64,000 bases of DNA from a virus, in the IMG/VR virus record IMGVR_UViG_3300035698_034576, positions 19,152 to 83,151 of that record. One strand, 5' to 3'. A program made the translations under genes and the position numbers. This document shows positions 9,609-17,703 of the stretch, in pieces; the first letter of the stretch is position 1; each line of letters starts with the position of its first letter. Under the pieces are notes generated by a model, which saw only the letters and a program-made list of their open reading frames with translations, did no database searches and was not told the DNA's origin.

Positions 9609-9832
9609 ATGAAATTTCAATAAAATTAGAGTACAGGGACAAAGTTTACACTTCAAATCACATAGAGGTCACCAAATTCAAAGAGTGTTACTTAGCGAAT
9701 TTAATCCAAAAAATTGCAAAAGGAGAAATTGCATTTTTCACCTTTAAAAAAGACAACCAAAAATATTTCTTTGGAGCAAAGATTCTAGAAGAATCCATCA
9801 TAACTATTTCCTCTACCCCTACGGAGGCTTGA
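9609..9832 (+). pseudogene. Frameshifted small gene
   Basis: ATG AAA TTT CAA TAA; adding one A gives an ORF of about 74 aa (MKISIKLEYRDK...TPTEA) directly behind a promoter motif. Confidence 0.5.
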
Positions 9833-9859
9833 AAGTATACCATTCCAAAATAAAAAACT

Positions 9860-10261
9860 ATGTTAAAAATATTAGAAGAGGTTGCGGCTCGCAGGTTAAA
9901 AGAGAATTCCCCAAATAAAGTTATTCAGCTTTCAAAATTCCTAATGGATAGGGCAATGGAAGACCTTAATAAAAATATGAGCTTAGGAGGGACTCAGTCT
10001 TCAGTTGAGTTGAGCAATTTGAAGTTAAACTTTTTTGATGAGGTTTGGGAAATAAAAAATAGGGCCTATCGTGACGACACATCAGATGATGATGTTCAAG
10101 AAGTGCTGTATGAATTTGCTCACAAAGACTTGCCCCTCCCACTGTCCGAAATAGTCAACCATAAGCCTCCCCGACCACTTGAATGCTGGATAAAAGCAAG
10201 AGAGTTGGACTGTGCAGAGTATATCCAGTGGCATTTAGAGAAAGAGAAAGACAATAAATAA
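9860..10261 (+). CDS. Hypothetical protein
   Basis: 133-aa ORF with an A-rich leader. Confidence 0.55.
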   Translation: MLKILEEVAARRLKENSPNKVIQLSKFLMDRAMEDLNKNMSLGGTQSSVELSNLKLNFFDEVWEIKNRAYRDDTSDDDVQEVLYEFAHKDLPLPLSEIVNHKPPRPLECWIKARELDCAEYIQWHLEKEKDNK

Positions 10262-10270
10262 TCCAGCAAT

Positions 10271-10519
10271 ATGAAAACAGAATTTTTCCCAATGAGCCAC
10301 AGGCCGGACGTTGACCCAAACGACCACGAAAATACTCAAACCGTAATAATCTTCGATGAAGATTTATTATATTATGACTTCGGGTTCTTCCATTTTGATG
10401 ATGATGAATGGTATATTTTAGGCGGGATGGCATTTGAGATGAAGTGCTGGTGTTATGTTCCCAAGCCAATAAATATTAGCTTAAAATGGGCACTTGTCAA
10501 ACATTTTGGGTATAGATAA
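10271..10519 (+). CDS. DUF551-like small phage protein
   Basis: FFPMSHRP...VII...W...MKCWCYVPKP pattern. Confidence 0.45.
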   Translation: MKTEFFPMSHRPDVDPNDHENTQTVIIFDEDLLYYDFGFFHFDDDEWYILGGMAFEMKCWCYVPKPINISLKWALVKHFGYR

Positions 10520-10551
10520 TCAAATTACGTTGAATTTTAACCCTTAAAACA

Positions 10552-10743
10552 ATGGAAACGCAACAAGAAAATTATGCTGACGACTTTGATGACATTGAGG
10601 ATGATTTTGATGAAGAAGATTATTTGGAATGGACACACGAAGAAGAACAGCAGATCGCCCTAAACTGCGAATGCGGAGCTTAGGGTCTTGGCAAATATAG
10701 AGCAGTTTATCACGTTGCTGACTGCTGCTGTGGAGCTGAATAA
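10552..10743 (+). pseudogene. Acidic Cys-rich mini-protein with an in-frame TAG
   Basis: METQQENYADDFDD...NCECGA*GLGKYRAVYHVADCCCGAE; TAG at 10681. Confidence 0.55.
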
Positions 10744-10828
10744 ACACTTAAATAAGAAATCTGCTAATTAACAAAAACGGTAAAATACTTAAATAGCGCT
10801 AACGTAAATAATAAACACAGTAAAAGAC

Positions 10829-11107
10829 ATGAAAGAGAAAATAATACAAATAAGTAAAGACCTTGAAAAAGGAAGCTCTCTTTGTGGAGGGGATTTTGAG
10901 AACGAATTGAAAGCGACTTATGTGAACCTTAGACAAGTTTCCTCCGTTTCAGGAAGGGAAAAGTTGACTCTACCCTTATCCGGAAATTTTGTTGGATACT
11001 ACTCTATTGTGAGCATGGGGAATGGTGATAATTTTTACATTGGAGAAAAAGAAGGGATTGAGCTGATCAGCATTATTGCTCCAACTGAGCACTCTTCTAA
11101 CATTTAG
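10829..11107 (+). CDS. Hypothetical protein
   Basis: 92-aa ORF. Confidence 0.5.
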   Translation: MKEKIIQISKDLEKGSSLCGGDFENELKATYVNLRQVSSVSGREKLTLPLSGNFVGYYSIVSMGNGDNFYIGEKEGIELISIIAPTEHSSNI

Positions 11108-11137
11108 GTTTAAAAAGAAATTTATTTAAAAGTTAAG

Positions 11138-11203
11138 AAAAATTTTTTATATAGTAAATTTTGAGTATCTTTACAGCAGATTAACAATTTAAAAATTTGT
11201 GAG
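11138..11203 (+). promoter_or_regulatory. Early-type promoter/leader repeat (copy A)
   Basis: TTTTTTATAT..AAATTTTG..TATCTTTACAG..TTAACAATTTAAAAATTTGT-ATG, shared with 15634, 16201 and 19991. Confidence 0.7.
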
Positions 11204-11377
11204 ATGGAAAAAGACTTAAAGAAAAAACCTGAAAAAGAGAGACTTTCCTACTTTTGCTCTGCTTGCGATGGTACAACTTATGATGTGGACTATTGTGATA
11301 ATCCAAGCTGCCCAAACCAACCTTGCTGTGGAAAGCCAAAAAAAGATTGTCACTGCTACGAAAAAGATCCATCATGA
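11204..11377 (+). CDS. 57-aa mini-protein with 8 Cys (not in ORF track)
   Basis: FCSACDGTTYDVDYCDNPSCPNQPCCGKPKKDCHC; first gene after promoter A, ATGA-coupled to the next gene. Confidence 0.6.
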   Translation: MEKDLKKKPEKERLSYFCSACDGTTYDVDYCDNPSCPNQPCCGKPKKDCHCYEKDPS

Positions 11378-11625
11378 AGTACCTACTGACGACAATAATC
11401 CTGATTTCAATCTTTCTACTAGCGGCCTATTCTCATGATAGTCACACGAAAGAGATGAAGAGGTTTGACGAGATAGAGTACAAACTAGATAAATTCATCA
11501 ACGCTGATTCCTTGAGAACAGAGCACTACCGCACTTGTACTTTTTCAAGTTGGGAAAATGTAGGAATTGGCTTTGATGGATATTATTATGACATAAACTA
11601 CAGAAATCTTCATGGAAGAGAATAA
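11374..11625 (+). CDS. Exported or membrane small protein
   Basis: MKYLLTTIILISIFLLAAYS signal-like N-terminus. Confidence 0.55.
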   Translation: MKYLLTTIILISIFLLAAYSHDSHTKEMKRFDEIEYKLDKFINADSLRTEHYRTCTFSSWENVGIGFDGYYYDINYRNLHGRE

Positions 11626-11995
11626 AAAACAAATTATGCCAAAAGAATTAACATTTGACGAGTGGTTTTCTTTGAATGAGGAATTGCTCTGGGTAAGAGC
11701 TGGAGATTCCGGAGCTACTGGTGAACTTGATTTTGACTGGGAAGACTTTATCTGGGATGAATGGGAAAAGTATCAAAATAAAAAAACAATGAGGAAAGTG
11801 TTTATAATAGGAGACACACATCAAACTGACATTGACAAATTGTTAAAAAATAATCCAGATGTTGAAATAGTCAGGATTTATAGTCCGAGTAATGTTCCAT
11901 TAAACGAAACATTTACCTTAACAAGAATACCTGATTTTGAAACTCCTATAATTCTCAAACAAAATCATAAAAGACCATATAAATTTCATAAATAA
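11612..11995 (+). CDS. Hypothetical protein
   Basis: 127-aa ORF in operon. Confidence 0.5.
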   Translation: MEENKKQIMPKELTFDEWFSLNEELLWVRAGDSGATGELDFDWEDFIWDEWEKYQNKKTMRKVFIIGDTHQTDIDKLLKNNPDVEIVRIYSPSNVPLNETFTLTRIPDFETPIILKQNHKRPYKFHK

Positions 11996-12003
11996 AAACT
12001 ACA

Positions 12004-12345
12004 ATGAATACACTTAAAGCAGTACCTAATGAAAATTGGTTTAAAGTAGAGCAAGGATTTGTTCTCGTTAGTGATGAGAAACCTAATCCTAAAATCATAG
12101 GTAATAAAAAGATAATGTGTCTTTATCCCCCTGAATTTTCTGATCAGATTTATAAGACTTTAGTTGGGTTAGCTAAAAATAAATATCAGTTGAAGGAGTT
12201 TTCAGCTTTTGATAGCTATATCAAAGAGGAGGGCTATTGGAAAAATGATTTTGATTTATGGTGGGATATAGAGAATCACTTCATTTTCTGGAGATCAGGG
12301 GAGCTTAATAATGATATAATATCATGCTTCAAAAAGATTGAATAA
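12004..12345 (+). CDS. Hypothetical protein
   Basis: 113-aa ORF; DLWWDIENHFIFW motif. Confidence 0.5.
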   Translation: MNTLKAVPNENWFKVEQGFVLVSDEKPNPKIIGNKKIMCLYPPEFSDQIYKTLVGLAKNKYQLKEFSAFDSYIKEEGYWKNDFDLWWDIENHFIFWRSGELNNDIISCFKKIE

Positions 12346-12414
12346 GGACACTAATCAAGCTTCCCCAGCAGTTTGGTTTGCTGAGGAACTACATTTAAAC
12401 ATCAATCCAATAAA

Positions 12415-12627
12415 ATGAAAGATAAAAAATACGGTAAACCTTACACTATACATGGAATCAGTTACCACTTTCACCCCGATTTGGACTATGACAAAGCAGA
12501 AGCCTACTTAAAGGAAATAGGTGAATGGGATTATGTAAGTACCCACGGATTCAGTGTGGATGGATGGAGCATTATAGCATCAGCAAACAGCATTTGGGAT
12601 GAACGAAATAAAAATTCAACAAAATGA
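12415..12627 (+). CDS. Hypothetical protein
   Basis: 70 aa; starts MKDKKY like the next gene. Confidence 0.5.
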   Translation: MKDKKYGKPYTIHGISYHFHPDLDYDKAEAYLKEIGEWDYVSTHGFSVDGWSIIASANSIWDERNKNSTK

Positions 12628-12866
12628 AAGATAAAAAATATGATTTGAACCTATATCAAGCCCTTGAAATAGTGGTGAAAGGTGGGGCTGTCAGAGGGGA
12701 TGACTTTGCAGACGGAATCTTCTTGAAGCTAAATTCCTATGGACAATTGATAACTATGCATGCTGGTAGAACATATCTTGAAAATGTCAATGTATTTCTT
12801 AGAGGCATGGCCAAACAGAAGTTCAGAAGTCTATCTGCTATAGAAATAAAGGACCTAGTCCCTTAA
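12624..12866 (+). CDS. Hypothetical protein, weakly DUF2829/Tad2-like
   Basis: LNLYQALEIVVKGGAVRG...IFLKL. Confidence 0.35.
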   Translation: MKDKKYDLNLYQALEIVVKGGAVRGDDFADGIFLKLNSYGQLITMHAGRTYLENVNVFLRGMAKQKFRSLSAIEIKDLVP

Positions 12867-12871
12867 AAATA

Positions 12872-12904
12872 TTTTTTAGATGAGCTAGGTCTTCCTATCT
12901 TTAC
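12872..12904 (+). promoter_or_regulatory. Promoter-like motif TTTTTAGATGA-N12-TATCTTTAC (copy 3)
   Basis: Repeat of the 5320 and 9548 motif. Confidence 0.55.
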
Positions 12905-12924
12905 TGTGAACTAAAAATAAAAGC

Positions 12925-13269
12925 ATGAAAAAAATACCGCAATTTCTAATTCAAAAAATAATGATGGGATTAATCATCTTCTTATGGATTGGTTTTTTAT
13001 TGAGTATGGTTGTAGGGAGAGAGGCTTTATGCTCTGATAAAGGATTTTCAATGAAAGCAAGGGTAGAGGTTGTTCAATCAAACCCAGACCTTAGGGTTCA
13101 AATAGTTCAATCAAACCCCGACTGGAGAATAAAGATTGTTGAGAATGATCCATTTGAGTGTGGAGAATGGAGGATTGTCACTTCTCTTCCAGATATTAGG
13201 ATTCAATATGTAACATCAAATCCTGACATTCGAGTCAAATTTGTAAGTGCAAACCCAGGAAAAGAATAA
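12925..13269 (+). CDS. Membrane-anchored or exported protein with 12-aa V-x-S-x-P-D repeats (DUF6150-like)
   Basis: N-terminal TM segment, then RVEVVQSNPD / RVQIVQSNPD / RIKIVENDP-CGEW / RIVTSLPD / QYVTSNPD / KFVSANPG. Confidence 0.6.
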   Translation: MKKIPQFLIQKIMMGLIIFLWIGFLLSMVVGREALCSDKGFSMKARVEVVQSNPDLRVQIVQSNPDWRIKIVENDPFECGEWRIVTSLPDIRIQYVTSNPDIRVKFVSANPGKE

Positions 13270-13419
13270 ATATGTTTGTTTCAATTTTGATTGTAGGAAT
13301 TTGTCTATTCGGAATATTCAAAATGTTCTCTAAAAGTAAAAAAGATTATTAAGCACAAACCTTAAAAAAGACCACAGAGGCAATGCTTTATGAGCCGTTG
13401 TTGTGTGGCGTTATTTACT

Positions 13420-13656
13420 ATGGAAGATTTAATAACACTACTAGCTAAAGGGAAACAGGTTACTGATGAGCATATTAAAGTTGAATTATATGAGATCTGC
13501 GATAGAGTGCATAGTAGGTGCGATAGCGAATGCCCTGTTTTCCGACTTAATGGGAATAAAGTGCCTGATACTGCAAAAGATTTCAATAAAAATAGAGGCT
13601 GCGACTGCTTTAAAAACGGAGCTAATATGCTCGATTTTATTCGTAATGCCACATAA
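13420..13656 (+). CDS. Cys-rich cassette gene 1
   Basis: ICDRVHSRCDSECPV...GCDCFK; the stop codon lies inside GCCACATAAC. Confidence 0.6.
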   Translation: MEDLITLLAKGKQVTDEHIKVELYEICDRVHSRCDSECPVFRLNGNKVPDTAKDFNKNRGCDCFKNGANMLDFIRNAT

Positions 13657-13721
13657 CGGAATAGGACTTGTTATGGTTTCGTGCTTTGTTAATCAGATTA
13701 TTAAACTAAAAATAAAATAAA

Positions 13722-13931
13722 ATGGAATACAATTTTAAATCAAGACCAACAGGGAAATCATTTTCAGAAATGATTCAATTAAAATTTAATATTTTAAAAG
13801 GATTAAATTGTGCTGTTGTAACGCTTAACCCAGAAAAAACCAAAAGGGACTTTAAATACATGACAGGGTCATCGTTAAAATTAGACCTAAGAAAAGATAC
13901 TAAAGATGTGTACAACGCTTTTTTAGCATGA
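13722..13931 (+). CDS. Cassette gene 2, hypothetical (RPTGKS P-loop-like start)
   Basis: 69 aa; the stop abuts AACCATAAC. Confidence 0.55.
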   Translation: MEYNFKSRPTGKSFSEMIQLKFNILKGLNCAVVTLNPEKTKRDFKYMTGSSLKLDLRKDTKDVYNAFLA

Positions 13932-14031
13932 ACCATAACGGTTGAGGCTAAGAGCAATTGCCTTGTAAATACTACTCAATTAATCAGAAATGCTGATGGC
14001 AATTGCTTTTAGCCTTTGTTATAAAACGTTT
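13931..14031. repeat. attC-like imperfect palindrome
   Basis: TAAC-GGTTG-AGGCTAAGAGCAATTGCC ... GGCAATTGCTTTTAGCCT-TT-GTTA (17/18 stem). Confidence 0.75.
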
Positions 14032-14036
14032 TTATT

Positions 14037-14207
14037 ATGGAACTTACAGACAGAGAATTAGCCCTAAGATGGTGGAATAGAAAACCCATTCAAGAAAGAA
14101 CTGAACTTGCAAAACAAGCAAAAATTCCAGTGGAAAATAGAGATTATAATACATTGACAGGTAATGAAATTGAATGGATTTGGCGTAACCAACCGTACAA
14201 CTCTTAA
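14037..14207 (+). CDS. Cassette gene 3 (56 aa, not in ORF track)
   Basis: MELTDRELALRWWNRK...LTGNEIEWIWRNQPYNS. Confidence 0.6.
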   Translation: MELTDRELALRWWNRKPIQERTELAKQAKIPVENRDYNTLTGNEIEWIWRNQPYNS

Positions 14208-14250
14208 ATGTTTTATAACGTAAGGATATACGCAACTCTAAATTAATAAA

Positions 14251-14661
14251 ATGAAACTACAAATAAAAATTCTCAAAAACACTCCTTTTGATAAAGCAGG
14301 GACAGTCTTAAATATTTACGACTTTAGGCTGAAGTATTCTTATTTTGCAACTAAAGACGCTACGGATGATGAAGTGTTTGATCACATACTTAGCTTTAAT
14401 GCTGAACCTGTAGGTACGGTGGATAAATGGTTTGAAGCTGTACGCGAAAATGGTAAACTTCCCTTAGAAGTAATTATCAACGGAGTGTTGTACGTGAAGC
14501 AGCTCGATGGTTCGTATTATTCATTCTTAGTTGATTCAGAGATAAAATCTTGTGATAAAATCGGAGTGCATAGTATAACTTATGTTGAAAGTCTTTTTAA
14601 AAACACTAAGCACAAAAAAGAAGTTCTTTATTGTACTTCAAACATATATAAAAAACTGTAG
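14251..14661 (+). CDS. Hypothetical protein
   Basis: 136-aa ORF. Confidence 0.55.
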   Translation: MKLQIKILKNTPFDKAGTVLNIYDFRLKYSYFATKDATDDEVFDHILSFNAEPVGTVDKWFEAVRENGKLPLEVIINGVLYVKQLDGSYYSFLVDSEIKSCDKIGVHSITYVESLFKNTKHKKEVLYCTSNIYKKL

Positions 14662-14662
14662 C

Positions 14663-14915
14663 ATGAAAAAAAATAAATGCAGAAATCGTAGCAGACAGTA
14701 TTAACCTTAAAGGAGATAGAATTACTTCTTATCTGCTTACTTACCCAAGATTTATCCATGGTGAAGTTTTAACCCACAGAATGTTTGGTCGAAACTCTGC
14801 ATCAAGTAGAGCAATACCATTTAAGAAAATGGTTAAAATGGTAGAAGAAGATCCTTTTATTCCTTCTCTCAACAAACACAATTGCAGCAAAAAGAGCTCT
14901 TTCCTTGATTTTTGA
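14663..14915 (+). pseudogene. thyX: Truncated, frameshifted flavin-dependent thymidylate synthase 5' fragment
   Basis: After ATG+A8 the shifted frame reads INAEIVADS...RITSYLLTYPRFIHGEVLTHRMFGRNSASSRAIP...DPFIP, then stops. Confidence 0.75.
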
Positions 14916-15165
14916 CAATCAAACACAAGATGAACAGTCTTCGGAATCAACAAGAGAGCAGAATGGGATAGGATTCACCGGAACTGATGCTAACATTCTA
15001 TCAAGCTTTTGTAAGCAACTTTCCGAAAGAGGCCACTTGTCTTCCAAGCAAATGGAAATTCTTTTAAAAAAAATGCCAAAGTACTGGAAGCAGATCCTTT
15101 CCTTGAGCGATGTTGAGAAGCTAAATTCAATGGTAGTAAATTACATTCCCCAAGAAACCGCATAA
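14860..15165 (+). pseudogene. 5'-truncated conserved phage protein
   Basis: LSTNTIAAKRALSLIFDNQTQDEQ...NGIGFTGTDA..LSSKQ...MPKYWKQ; no ATG precedes this conserved part. Confidence 0.55.
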
Positions 15166-15178
15166 AAAAATCAATACA

Positions 15179-15307
15179 ATGAATAATAGAAAAAGTATCA
15201 ATGATTCCCCAAGATTCTTTAGAGTAAAAAAGGGACCAAAAGCAGGTGTCTATGTAAACAGTTTGGAAAACCGTCGACTAGATAGAGTTGGCAAAAAAAG
15301 TAAATAG
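15179..15307 (+). CDS. 42-aa stand-alone copy of the GxYxxxxENR..RVG module (not in ORF track)
   Basis: MNNRKSINDSPRFFRVKKGPKAGVYVNSLENRRLDRVGKKSK. Confidence 0.6.
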   Translation: MNNRKSINDSPRFFRVKKGPKAGVYVNSLENRRLDRVGKKSK

Positions 15308-15309
15308 TT

Positions 15310-15519
15310 TTGAAAAATATAAAAAACTCTCCTTCTTTGGAGAAAAAAGTAAGAAAAAAAGAAGCTTCAAAAATTATAAAGATGGCAAAGAACTTGCCTT
15401 CCTCTGTTGAAGAAAAGGAGAGAGTGGAGGATCCTTTGATAGAAAGGAGTGATAACCTAAGTGTTTTTCTACAAGCTCACCAGAAGAGGCAATCGAATCA
15501 ATTGTTACAGCCCTTTTAA
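15310..15519 (+). CDS. Hypothetical basic protein
   Basis: TTG-start ORF before a terminator. Confidence 0.35.
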   Translation: MKNIKNSPSLEKKVRKKEASKIIKMAKNLPSSVEEKERVEDPLIERSDNLSVFLQAHQKRQSNQLLQPF

Positions 15520-15551
15520 GACTTACTAAAGATAAGCTCTAAAATCTTTGC

Positions 15552-15593
15552 AATCCCATCCCGTCAGATAGACTAAGGGTGGGATTTTTTTTT
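15552..15593 (+). terminator. Rho-independent terminator
   Basis: AATCCCATCC...GGGTGGGATT followed by a T run. Confidence 0.75.
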
Positions 15594-15633
15594 GCTTAGA
15601 GATAGTTTTGAGTAATAATTTTAAAAAAAAGTG

Positions 15634-15719
15634 AAAAAAAACACTACAAAAGTTTTTTATATAAGAAATTTTGCTATCTTTACAGTGTAATCAGTGTTAA
15701 CAATTTAAAAATTTGTACC
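15634..15719 (+). promoter_or_regulatory. Early-type promoter/leader repeat (copy B)
   Basis: AAAAGTTTTTTATATAAGAAATTTTGCTATCTTTACAGTGTAATCAGTGTTAACAATTTAAAAATTTGTACC-ATG. Confidence 0.8.
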
Positions 15720-16202
15720 ATGAACATTTCAGAGACTTTATTAAAAGAAGTAAAAGAGAGCAATATGTATATAATGTTCTGCGACTACGATTCACTTGAT
15801 GAGGTGTCACTTGAAAAAGCAAATGCAATAAACATAGGATCTTTTGAGCAAGGGTTAATCCCCCTGGGAACTTTTTTGAAGTGTCCAAAGAAAAAAGAAG
15901 TGACTTTAGAGTGGATAATGAACAAAGTCAACAGAGACAGTTATTTTGTCAACCTAAGCCAAATAATTAAAAAGGCTTTGAATATAGACGGACTGTCAGT
16001 TTACCCCACCTCTTATGGAGTAGGTTTTTTCCGGCTGTTTGGAATGAATAAAAAAGAAGTTGACAGAGTTCATAATTTCTTCAAAGAAAATGGTATTGAA
16101 TACCGAAATGAGCTTTCCGATGCAAGATATGTATATCGATTCAAAGTATCAAAATCAAGGGATAATATAGAAAAATTAAAAAATATTAAAAAAAGTAGCT
16201 AA
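15720..16202 (+). CDS. Hypothetical early protein
   Basis: 160 aa, directly after promoter B. Confidence 0.65.
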   Translation: MNISETLLKEVKESNMYIMFCDYDSLDEVSLEKANAINIGSFEQGLIPLGTFLKCPKKKEVTLEWIMNKVNRDSYFVNLSQIIKKALNIDGLSVYPTSYGVGFFRLFGMNKKEVDRVHNFFKENGIEYRNELSDARYVYRFKVSKSRDNIEKLKNIKKSS

Positions 16203-16272
16203 AAGTTTTTTATATAAGAAATTTTGTTATCTTTACAGTGTAATCAATGTTAATAATTTAAAAGTTTGTACC
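16201..16272 (+). promoter_or_regulatory. Early-type promoter/leader repeat (copy C)
   Basis: Near-identical copy of B, about 72 bp. Confidence 0.8.
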
Positions 16273-16545
16273 ATGAAAAATTATTCAGTGGAATCAACAG
16301 AAAAAGCCCTGTTAAGAAAAGGCTTTCAACACAATGGTGGAAATAGTGGAATTGAATATTTCGGAAATGAAGAGCACTTTAATGAGGCGAATGTGTGCTC
16401 GCATTTCATTTATCACCACAATAACGGCCACTCTACCATAATGGCAACAGTTGAGAATTCGTTCAAAAATGGAAAGAGCTTTGCCACTATAAATGGAATT
16501 CACCCTGTTGAATGGTTTGAATCAGTTAAGAATGACATAAGCTAA
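16273..16545 (+). CDS. Hypothetical early protein
   Basis: 90 aa, after promoter C. Confidence 0.6.
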   Translation: MKNYSVESTEKALLRKGFQHNGGNSGIEYFGNEEHFNEANVCSHFIYHHNNGHSTIMATVENSFKNGKSFATINGIHPVEWFESVKNDIS

Positions 16546-16555
16546 AATTAAAGCC

Positions 16556-16861
16556 ATGAAGACAAAAATCGAAATGATGCAAAAAGAGTTGACTGAACGC
16601 ATGCTGATGCCATTGTTTGAAATACCAGCTATAAATATGGAAGATGGGAGTGAAAATTGGATATTGTTCGATGTATCCATTAGTCGAAATTCTATCTTTG
16701 CTCAACATATTGCCTTATCCTCAAAAGAGGAAAAGAGCAAAAAAATAGCTTACAAATCCATTCCCATTGACACGGATTTCTGTTTAGACCATCACTTAGA
16801 GCAATTGTATGAGCTTTGTATAGATGGCATAATTGAAGGAGACCTGTACAGACTGCAATAA
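16556..16861 (+). CDS. Hypothetical early protein
   Basis: 101 aa in operon. Confidence 0.6.
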   Translation: MKTKIEMMQKELTERMLMPLFEIPAINMEDGSENWILFDVSISRNSIFAQHIALSSKEEKSKKIAYKSIPIDTDFCLDHHLEQLYELCIDGIIEGDLYRLQ

Positions 16862-16873
16862 AACTTAAAAACC

Positions 16874-17344
16874 ATGAAAAACATAACCACAACTGATAGC
16901 TATTCCAAGCAGTTAATATTAAAAGCCCATTTCAATCTTACTAATAAAGCCGGGAGACCAGAATATTCTCCTACTTCAACGGAAATTCAATCTGAAATTG
17001 ATAAGATTATAAGTGGAAACAAAAGAGCTGACAGAGATTCAATAGCTGATTTTTTCCAAACTGATGATTTGACAACCTATAGAATTTTGCAAAATTTAAG
17101 CTGGGGATTCTTTTTAAACCATTTTGGAGAAAATGCTAAAGCCTATTGGGATAAAGCTCACCCATTCTTTTATCCTGGAAGTGCTTCAAAGGACTACCAT
17201 TCATTTAGCCTTTTGTTTATTTTGGACCATTTTGATTTATTTTCAAAATCCCAATTTTGGACCAGCGCGGGCTGGAAGTTTAACCCAAACATAAAAAAAA
17301 TGGTTTGGACTTATAATTCCGGCTATTCAAACATCACCATATAA
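16874..17344 (+). CDS. Hypothetical early protein
   Basis: 156 aa in operon. Confidence 0.6.
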   Translation: MKNITTTDSYSKQLILKAHFNLTNKAGRPEYSPTSTEIQSEIDKIISGNKRADRDSIADFFQTDDLTTYRILQNLSWGFFLNHFGENAKAYWDKAHPFFYPGSASKDYHSFSLLFILDHFDLFSKSQFWTSAGWKFNPNIKKMVWTYNSGYSNITI

Positions 17345-17355
17345 AATTCAAGACA

Positions 17356-17652
17356 ATGAAAACAAAAATTCCTAAATCAGTAAGAGACTCTATTGAAGAA
17401 ATAAACGAAATGTTGCCAAAGATTCATGAAGCAGATGAATTTCCTTGTAGCTACTTTGGAGGCACCTGGCCAATTTATACAGGAATGACAAAGCCGATTG
17501 AAATTAAAAATCAGTTTGTTTATATCCGAGCCAACTCCGCTCATGGGAATATTGGGCCGGAAAGATTTAACTGTAATGATGAATATCAAGTTGATTCATT
17601 GAAATTCCACCTTAAACACATCAAGCAGTCTTATAAAAAAGTTTTGAAGTAG
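17356..17652 (+). CDS. Hypothetical early protein
   Basis: 98 aa in operon. Confidence 0.6.
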   Translation: MKTKIPKSVRDSIEEINEMLPKIHEADEFPCSYFGGTWPIYTGMTKPIEIKNQFVYIRANSAHGNIGPERFNCNDEYQVDSLKFHLKHIKQSYKKVLK

Positions 17653-17703
17653 CAAATTAAAGTAATTTAGAAAAGGGTTAGTTTCAATATCAATCTTACT
17701 AAA

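Larger units (their letters stand above)
13400..14219 (+). mobile_element. Array of three integron-like gene cassettes with attC-like sites
   Basis: Each ORF is flanked by its own GTT... / ...AAC inverted pair; an 18-bp hairpin lies between cassettes 2 and 3. Confidence 0.7.
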
